Positions 7,889 through 14,359 of a stretch of 14,359 nt of DNA are shown one piece after another. The stretch's first letter is position 1, and the number at the start of each line of letters is the position of its first letter. Source of the DNA: an uncultured Oligoflexus sp. GTDB taxonomy: Bacteria > Bdellovibrionota_B > Oligoflexia > Oligoflexales > Oligoflexaceae. The notes under the pieces are model-generated. The model saw only the letters and a program-made list of their open reading frames with translations. It ran no database searches and was not told the DNA's origin. The DNA lies in the NCBI GenBank assembly GCA_964236955.1, contig CAXSGP010000108.1, positions 1 to 14,359 on the forward strand. Direction: 5' to 3'. A program made the translations under genes and the position numbers.

Positions 7889-8112
7889 GCTGGGGTCCGA
7901 GCCGGCTTAGTTGCAGGAGAGTCCTTCCCACTGGCGAACCGCGAGATAGTCAGCCCTACCCCTTTGCCAAAGGGTTTCTCAATTAACGCATCGGCCATGT
8001 GCTACGCCTTCGGGAGGGGGTACCTAACGTGAGCCGTTCGACTTTCTTCCCGAGGGCTTTGAAAGTGTACCGAACCAGCAACAATCTTGATGCTGGCTAA
8101 GTTCGTTTGTAC
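7866..8112. other. GC-rich, hairpin-dense intergenic segment; candidate structured RNA
   Basis: About 57% GC over 7871-8100 versus about 28% over 8191-8290 (hand counts). Stems at 7960-7974, 8007-8014 (cUUCGg), 8036-8075 and 8067-8112. I recognise no RNA family. Confidence 0.3.
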
Positions 8113-8245
8113 CTAAGATTCCTCCCATCAGCTCTTGATTAACTGCGCTCTAATTTGTTCCCAACTCGTCAGAAACTCTCACAGATACGCTATTTTAAAT
8201 GAAATAAAGCCTGAGTTCCCCTTAGGCCTTTAGAAAAGTTTAAAT

Positions 8246-8254
8246 TGATATTAT
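8246..8254 (+). promoter_or_regulatory. Possible sigma70 extended -10 element (TGaTATTAT)
   Basis: TGn followed by a 5/6 match to TATAAT in the AT-rich tract upstream of the large kinase gene. Confidence 0.3.
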
Positions 8255-8326
8255 GTGGAATGTTTAAATGTGGGTTAGTTTTATTACTCAAGCCGTTGGT
8301 CCGCTTGCCTGATTCTATTTGCCGGT

Positions 8327-11300
8327 ATGAGGTACTCGTTTATGACAGACCATGATTTACAGCCAGAAACCATCCTACAAGGTGGCGGACTTATGGGCGA
8401 TCTCATTCGGGAATTCGATTGGTCAGCGACCCCTCTCGGCCCTCTTCAGAATTGGCCACAGAGCCTGATTACCATCACCAATACCTGTTTGAATTCCCGC
8501 TTCCCCTTTTTGATCTGGTGGGGCTCCGAGCTGACCGCGATCTATAACGACGCTTACATCCCTATCTTTGCCGGAAAGCATCCCTTGGTGCTCGGTAAAC
8601 CGGGAAATGAGGCGTGGGGAGAGCCGGAAGTCTGGGACGTGATCGATCCCATGCTCAACGAGGTCCTTGCGGGAGGAATGGCAACCTGGTCTGAGGACCA
8701 ACTTTTGCTCCTCCATCGCAAAGGTTTTCTTGAGGAGGCCTACTTCACCTGGTCGTATAGCCCGATTTCAGCCGAAGGCGGAAAAGTCGGCGGCGTCCTT
8801 ACATCGGTCACTGAGGTCACGAGAAAAGTAATTGGCGAGCGACGCCTGCAAACCCTGGGTGAGCTTGGAAGCAGAACAGGCAACGCCAAAACTATCGCCA
8901 AAGCTGGCGACAGCATTATGAATGTCCTGGCAGAAAACCTCCATGATCTGCCCTTTGCATTCCTTTACCTTGTCGATCCGGGCGACCGCAAACGCCTTAT
9001 TCTAAAAGGCTCCACAAGCACTCAGGAACAGTGTTCAATCTGCCCCCCGGTCATTGAAATTAACGATCATCAAGAGCGGGATCCCTGGTCTGTCTTTCAA
9101 TCCTTGAACACACGACTTGTTATCGAAACCAAAGAACCCGGTACATTATTCAAAAGCCTTCCGGCAGGCTGCTGGCCGGAGCCACCTAAGCTGGCATTAA
9201 CCCTTCCCCTGGCCTCGTCAGCTGAGGATGATCCTGCGGGCATAATCATTTGCGGCATCAGTCCCCGGCTAAGCTTTGACAGCGATTATCGAGGTTTTAT
9301 AGATCTCGTGGTCGGTCAGGCGGCAAAAGCGATCGCAACCGCCAAAGCTTATGAGGAAGAAAAAAAACGTGCTGAGGAACTTTTGGAACTTGATAAAGCC
9401 AAGACCGCCTTTTTCAGTAACGTCAGCCATGAATTCCGCACTCCCTTGACCCTTATGATCGGCCCGCTTGAAGAAGTGATTTCTGCGCCAGACAGCATGT
9501 CTCCCCAGGCGCACGAGGAAATCAAAGTCGTTCATCGTAATGGCCTCCGGCTGCTCAAACTTGTCAATACGCTCCTCGACTTTTCGAGAATAGAAGCGGG
9601 CCGTGTCCATGCCTCTTACGAAGCCGTGGATATCGCTGTCTTGACCAGCGGCCTGGCAAGCGTTTTTCGCTCAACGTTGGAGCGGGCGGGACTGCAATTT
9701 GAGATCGATTGTAAAAAGACCGAGAACACGGCCTTTGTTGATATTGATATGTGGGAAAAGATTGTTCTCAACCTTCTTTCGAATGCATTTAAGTTCACCC
9801 TGAAGGGTAAGATTAGCATCACCCTGGGCGAGACTGAGCGCCAGGCTGTCCTTATCGTATCGGATACAGGCATCGGTATCCCAAGGGAAGAGCTGCCCCA
9901 TCTATTTGAAAGATTTCATCGGGTCGAAGGCAATCAGGGCCGTACCCACGAGGGGAGCGGTATTGGGCTGGCCCTTGTGCAGGAATTGATAAAATTTCAC
10001 GGCGGTACTGTGACCGTCGAAAGCATCCACGGACTTGGCACTACCTTTACGGTTTCGTTGCCCATGGGATCCGCTCATCTGCCCCCGGATAGAATTCACA
10101 AAAAAGCCGTCCAGAACTCCACAACAATCAAAGCGGAAGCCTATATCGAGGAGGCCGCCCGATGGTTTTCCGATAACAATGCTCGCCCCAGCAGTCAGAC
10201 CACCGAAAGCTTTCAGGGTCAGACTTACAAGAAAACAGCGGGGGCAAGGATTCTGCTGGTTGATGACAATGCTGATATGCGGGATTACATCACAAAACTT
10301 CTCAGCCCAAACTGGACGATCCTACTTGCCCAGAATGGGGCCGAAGCTTTAGCCATAGCCCGAGGCGACTGTCCGGACCTGGTGCTCACTGACGTTATGA
10401 TGCCCGTATTGGATGGTTTTGGCCTTCTGCGGGCTCTGCGAGCCGAGGCAAAGACCTCAGCCATTCCTCTCATCATGCTGTCAGCCAGGGCAGGGGAAGA
10501 ATCCAGGGTCGAAGGCATGGAGGCAGGAGCCGATGATTATCTTGTGAAACCCTTTAGCGCCAGGGAGCTTATTGCACGGGTCGGCGCCCACCTTGAAATG
10601 GCCCGTATCAGACAGGAGGCCGCAGCACAGGAGCGTGTTCTCAGAAGGGAAGCCGTCGAGTCCCATAGACGCATGATCGATGTCCTCGAAACCATGGCGG
10701 ATGCCTTTTTGGATCTTGACGCCGACTGGCGCATTATTTACGTCAATGCAAGCGCCGAAAAAATTAATCAAAATTCACGTTCGGCCATGCTCGGTAGGAA
10801 TCACTGGGAGCTTTATCCCCAAACGCTGGGAACAGCACTGGAATCCGCCTTCCGACGTGCCGTCGCGGATCAAACCCAAATTGATCTGGTGAATTATTAC
10901 GAACCCTGGGATAAGTGGTTTGAAATTAGCCTTTATCCCAGAAAGAGTGGCGGACTTTCAATATTTTTCAGAGACATCACGATACAAAAGAAGGCTGAGA
11001 ACGTGCTTCGTGAAAGCGAGGCCTATTTTAGAAATTTGGTTAATAACGCTCCTGTCATGATCTGGATTACGAATCCCAATGCCCAATCCACATTTTTATG
11101 TGAGCAATGGCTTGAGTTCACTGGCAGAAAGCCGGAGGAAGGCCTTGGCCTTGGCTGGCTCGAAAGTGTGCACCCTGATGACTTAAAACCTGTCACCCAA
11201 ACTATTCTCAAAGCCAATGAAAGGCACGAAACCTTCAGTCTCGAGTACCGGCTGAGGCGTAAGGATGGGACCTACCGCTGGGTCGCTGATACGGGCAAAC

Positions 11301-12667
11301 CTCGCTTTGATCCCCATGATAATTTTCTCGGGCACATTGGTTCCATCATTGATATTACAGAAAGAAAATCTGCTGAAGAGCAGCTTGCCGTCTCCCTTCA
11401 CAATGAACAGAAGGCTCGCGCGGAGGCCGAGCGGCTCTTTCGGGACGCTGACCGGATTAACAGAATAAAGGATGAATTCCTCGCCAATCTTTCGCATGAA
11501 CTGAGGACCCCCCTCAATGCGATCCTTGGCTACTCGGGTCTTCTTCTTGACGACGCGGAGGGCATGAATGAGGAACAGGTGGAGTACGTGGAAACTATCT
11601 TACGAAATGGCCGGGCGCAGCTTCACCTGATAAGCGACCTTCTGGATGTTTCCCGAATTATATCCGGGAAAATGGTCCTTGATGTGAAATCCGTTGATCT
11701 CATTCACGTGGTCAGGGAAGCCAGGGAGTCGGTAGCTCTCGCAGCAAAAGCCAAAAAAATATCACTGCAGCTTGCCATTGACGAAATCGCTGCTGTCGTC
11801 CTTGGTGATGCGGCAAGACTTCAACAGGTCCTATGGAATTTATTATCAAACGCCGTGAAGTTTACTCCTTCCGACGGTAAGATTATTGTGTCCATTAAAA
11901 GCGTTGAATCCCGCATTGAAATCATAGTACGGGATACGGGAAAAGGCATCGATCCCAAATTTTTGCCCTTTGTGTTCGAACGGTTTAGGCAGGAGGATGG
12001 TTCCCATACGCGGGATTACGGGGGACTTGGTCTCGGCCTGGCCATTGTCAGATACATTGTGGATGCCCATGGCGGCACTGTTCATGCTCATAGTGAGGGG
12101 CTTGGAACGGGAGCCGCTTTTATTATCCGTTTGCCCGTACAGGCCGTTTATGTGCCCGACCTAGATATACGGTCCAGAGCCGATAGAATCGAGCTGGACA
12201 TTCCACCGACAGGCCAAAGCGATTCTCGTCAACCTCTCCAAGACCTTGCCGTTCTCGTGGTAGATGATGAGCTTGACGCACGCTCGCTCATAAAAGGCAT
12301 CTTAACGAGAGCTGGAGCCAGTGTTACCACAGCGTCCTCCGGCGAAGGTATGAGAGCGGCCCTGAAACAGACGAATTTCAAGGTTCTCATCTGTGACATC
12401 GGCATGCCTAAGGAAGATGGATTTTCTATAGTGGCGAGTCTAAGACATGAAGAAAGGCAGAAAGGACTCCCCCGGCTGGCGGCCATTGCCCTTACAGCTT
12501 ATGCGACTCCCAAAGATCGTGATCAAGCTTTGCAATGCGGATTTGATGTATTCCTGTCCAAACCTGTGATGCCCGCAAAACTTACCGAACTCGTTGCAAA
12601 GCTTTCCGGTAGGGCTGGTTCTGAACAGCCACCGACTCTATCCGATGAGGGAGACAGAGAACAATGA
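8327..12667 (+). CDS. Double hybrid histidine kinase: PAS-like-GAF-HisKA-HATPase-REC-PAS-PAS-HisKA-HATPase-REC
   Basis: N-terminus [26 protein letters not shown], then a GAF-like region. H-box 1 [13 protein letters not shown] (His368), REC1 LVLTD689VMMP, two PAS domains ending RDIT/IDIT, H-box 2 [13 protein letters not shown] (His1057), REC2 LICD1357IGMP. Both ATPase domains keep their N, G1, F and G2 boxes. The true start is probably ATG 8342 (GAGGT at 8329-8333, 8-nt spacer). Confidence 0.95.
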   Translation: MRYSFMTDHDLQPETILQGGGLMGDLIREFDWSATPLGPLQNWPQSLITITNTCLNSRFPFLIWWGSELTAIYNDAYIPIFAGKHPLVLGKPGNEAWGEPEVWDVIDPMLNEVLAGGMATWSEDQLLLLHRKGFLEEAYFTWSYSPISAEGGKVGGVLTSVTEVTRKVIGERRLQTLGELGSRTGNAKTIAKAGDSIMNVLAENLHDLPFAFLYLVDPGDRKRLILKGSTSTQEQCSICPPVIEINDHQERDPWSVFQSLNTRLVIETKEPGTLFKSLPAGCWPEPPKLALTLPLASSAEDDPAGIIICGISPRLSFDSDYRGFIDLVVGQAAKAIATAKAYEEEKKRAEELLELDKAKTAFFSNVSHEFRTPLTLMIGPLEEVISAPDSMSPQAHEEIKVVHRNGLRLLKLVNTLLDFSRIEAGRVHASYEAVDIAVLTSGLASVFRSTLERAGLQFEIDCKKTENTAFVDIDMWEKIVLNLLSNAFKFTLKGKISITLGETERQAVLIVSDTGIGIPREELPHLFERFHRVEGNQGRTHEGSGIGLALVQELIKFHGGTVTVESIHGLGTTFTVSLPMGSAHLPPDRIHKKAVQNSTTIKAEAYIEEAARWFSDNNARPSSQTTESFQGQTYKKTAGARILLVDDNADMRDYITKLLSPNWTILLAQNGAEALAIARGDCPDLVLTDVMMPVLDGFGLLRALRAEAKTSAIPLIMLSARAGEESRVEGMEAGADDYLVKPFSARELIARVGAHLEMARIRQEAAAQERVLRREAVESHRRMIDVLETMADAFLDLDADWRIIYVNASAEKINQNSRSAMLGRNHWELYPQTLGTALESAFRRAVADQTQIDLVNYYEPWDKWFEISLYPRKSGGLSIFFRDITIQKKAENVLRESEAYFRNLVNNAPVMIWITNPNAQSTFLCEQWLEFTGRKPEEGLGLGWLESVHPDDLKPVTQTILKANERHETFSLEYRLRRKDGTYRWVADTGKPRFDPHDNFLGHIGSIIDITERKSAEEQLAVSLHNEQKARAEAERLFRDADRINRIKDEFLANLSHELRTPLNAILGYSGLLLDDAEGMNEEQVEYVETILRNGRAQLHLISDLLDVSRIISGKMVLDVKSVDLIHVVREARESVALAAKAKKISLQLAIDEIAAVVLGDAARLQQVLWNLLSNAVKFTPSDGKIIVSIKSVESRIEIIVRDTGKGIDPKFLPFVFERFRQEDGSHTRDYGGLGLGLAIVRYIVDAHGGTVHAHSEGLGTGAAFIIRLPVQAVYVPDLDIRSRADRIELDIPPTGQSDSRQPLQDLAVLVVDDELDARSLIKGILTRAGASVTTASSGEGMRAALKQTNFKVLICDIGMPKEDGFSIVASLRHEERQKGLPRLAAIALTAYATPKDRDQALQCGFDVFLSKPVMPAKLTELVAKLSGRAGSEQPPTLSDEGDREQ

Positions 12668-12692
12668 AACTGGGAGTCTATGACTAGAATAT

Positions 12693-12717
12693 GGCCTTCG
12701 GGCCTTAACCTTAATTT
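12693..12717 (+). terminator. Possible terminator: GGCC-TTCG-GGCC hairpin
   Basis: 4-bp GC stem with a cUUCGg tetraloop (12693-12704), 25 nt after the stop, followed by TTAACCTTAATTT. Confidence 0.35.
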
Positions 12718-12869
12718 GAACAGCGAATCCTTAAGCCCCCAAACACCTGACTTTTTCCTGCCACTTCGCCCACAGTTGGCGATCCCTTAACTTTGAATTT
12801 GGACCGGGCCCTACCCCAAGGCAAACACAGGATAAAAGCTGATAAATAATCATGCTTTATAATTCCATT

Positions 12870-12897
12870 TAAAGCTGACACTAGAGCCTGCCGATAA
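12870..12897 (+). promoter_or_regulatory. sigma28 (FliA/SigD)-type promoter TAAA-N16-GCCGATAA
   Basis: TAAAG at 12870-12874 and a perfect GCCGATAA at 12890-12897, about 30 nt upstream of the hydrolase start. The consensus is TAAA-N15/16-GCCGATAA. Confidence 0.65.
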
Positions 12898-12923
12898 CAC
12901 TGTGTTCCTATTTTACGTCGGAG

Positions 12924-14258
12924 ATGACTATGCTTGGCACCATCCGTGCGGCGGCTATGATCCTAATTGCGTTTTCCCTTGGGTTTTGCGCGAACCCAAA
13001 CCCAAAAACCGCAGTCGCCAAAAAAAGCAGCGCTAAACAATCTCCAGTAGTTCAAGACGATAATGAGGACGCAGATACAACGGAAGGCACCGACATCCCG
13101 AATAAAAAGGGCAAGGGGACTCCTTCTCAAGGGCCCACGGCAGGCGTGCCGGACTCCAAAGACAACGACCCATCGCCGGAACCAACGGATGCGATTCCAA
13201 AACCGTCACCAACGGGCGCAAAAACTCCAACCGCCCCTGATGCCGTTCTCCAACCAGGGTCGGCACCCGCACCTGATACGATCGCTGGGGGAAAGGCCAA
13301 CGTAAAAGTCATGGGACGTCAATTAATGGTGGGCGGGGCGCTGTTCAATATGAAGAGTGTGGCTTATAACCCGATCCGTAAGGGCGGGATCCATCCTCAA
13401 GGCCTCATGACACAGAACCCCAGCGCCGCAGACCTCGCTATGGTGGAAAAAGATTTTCAAATGATGCAGGCAGCCGGCATCAACACGATAAGACCCTATG
13501 AAGCGATTCTCGATCAAAGGATATTGGCTTTAATCACCAAGTATCAGCTGCGTGTCATTGTCCCGGTATTGAACTATTATGGAGGGACAACGGCGCGAAC
13601 GCTCGAAATTATCGACACTCTCAAGAACCACCCGTCGACTTTGATCTGGGAAATGGGTAACGAATGGAACTATAACCGGCTCTATGGCAGCGAGGCCGGA
13701 TTTTCCTATGATCAAGCTAAAAATCTAATAAAATCCCTGTCAGCAATTGTAAAAAACCTGGATCCAACGCATCCGACTTCTACCGTATATGGTGATTTGC
13801 CTCCGGTCGCTCTGATTAACGAGATGACTCATATCGATATTTGGGGCACCAACGTTTATACGGGCATGAGTTTCGGCGATCGCTTTACGAAATGGAAAGC
13901 ATTGAGCACCAAGCCTTTGTATATAGGTGAGTTTGGGGCCGATGCGATCAATGTTGACAAGCTCGATGTGAATTCGCAGGCTATTGCGACCACGGCGCTC
14001 ATAAATGAAATAGCACAAAACCTCTCATCCAAGAATCCAGCCAATGTTTTAATTGGTGGATCGATTTTCGAATGGAACGATGAATGGTGGAAAGACAGTA
14101 AAGGGTCGCCGTTGGTCCAAGAATCTGGAGGCATTGCCCCCGGAATAGGGCCCTACCCTGACAATATATTCAATGAGGAATATTGGGGCATCGTCGATAT
14201 CGAAAGAAACCCTCGTCCCGCCTATTTTAAGCTGAAGGAGGCCTACAGTAAGTTTTGA
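12924..14258 (+). CDS. Exported clan GH-A glycoside hydrolase (GH2-like TIM barrel) with Pro/Thr/Asp/Lys-rich N-terminal linker
   Basis: Hydrophobic signal region ending SLGFC22 and a low-complexity linker. Catalytic-domain motifs: DFQMMQAAGINTIRPY, acid/base WEMGNE247, nucleophile PLYIGE336FG, FEWNDEWWK, EEYWGIV..PRPAY. The likely start is ATG 12930 (GGAG at 12920-12923, 6-nt spacer). Exact family and substrate are not determined. Confidence 0.85.
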   Translation: MTMLGTIRAAAMILIAFSLGFCANPNPKTAVAKKSSAKQSPVVQDDNEDADTTEGTDIPNKKGKGTPSQGPTAGVPDSKDNDPSPEPTDAIPKPSPTGAKTPTAPDAVLQPGSAPAPDTIAGGKANVKVMGRQLMVGGALFNMKSVAYNPIRKGGIHPQGLMTQNPSAADLAMVEKDFQMMQAAGINTIRPYEAILDQRILALITKYQLRVIVPVLNYYGGTTARTLEIIDTLKNHPSTLIWEMGNEWNYNRLYGSEAGFSYDQAKNLIKSLSAIVKNLDPTHPTSTVYGDLPPVALINEMTHIDIWGTNVYTGMSFGDRFTKWKALSTKPLYIGEFGADAINVDKLDVNSQAIATTALINEIAQNLSSKNPANVLIGGSIFEWNDEWWKDSKGSPLVQESGGIAPGIGPYPDNIFNEEYWGIVDIERNPRPAYFKLKEAYSKF

Positions 14259-14359
14259 GATCGAGGCCTTTGCAGTTGAAACGACGGTATTCTATGCCCG
14301 AACGTATTAGGGGCTGTTGACGTTTGAGATAAGTGATTGAAAAGTACAGGCAAACTCGT

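Noticed and set aside
7828..8128. Short minus-strand ORFs (34 aa MGGILG…, 56 aa MADALI…) and a group II intron domain V-like GAGCCG at 8031
   Set aside because: The ORFs have no recognisable protein features. GAGCCG is not followed by the domain V pairing (…CGGTTC), and there is no intron-encoded protein.
12820..12845. GGCAAAC as a c-di-GMP-I riboswitch upstream of the hydrolase
   Set aside because: No GAAA-capped P2 stem or GACGCAAAGC follows.
3920..14134. Other short ORFs overlapping the major genes on either strand
   Set aside because: They are nested within or across well-supported genes and show no domain motifs of their own.

Overview
Bacterial window (about 50% GC) with all seven real genes on the + strand, dominated by cytoplasmic two-component signalling. 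(1) 310-6972 is a four-gene operon chained by ATGA stop/start overlaps. It encodes a sensor-only protein (one PAS, seven exact 117-aa PAS-PAC repeats and a short C-terminal helix 'ELERFQKLTVGRELKMIELKK'); a sensor-less Cph1-type histidine kinase whose N-terminus is four 21-aa 'AxxNILED' repeats; an Rcp1-type single-domain receiver; and a REC-PAS-HisKA-HATPase-REC hybrid kinase. (2) A small Fet4-like low-affinity iron permease family gene. (3) A GC-rich, hairpin-dense intergenic segment. (4) A 1446-aa hybrid kinase with two complete kinase cores and two receivers. (5) An exported clan GH-A glycoside hydrolase behind a sigma28/FliA-like promoter. The most interesting signal is an apparent split sensor/kinase: I infer a 'plug-and-socket' helical docking module between the RELK tail of the PAS array and the NILED repeats of the kinase. 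An SD + A_AAA_AAG site could yield a tail-less sensor isoform. No mobile element, CRISPR array, tRNA or rRNA was seen. All family calls come from motif recognition by eye, not from database searches.
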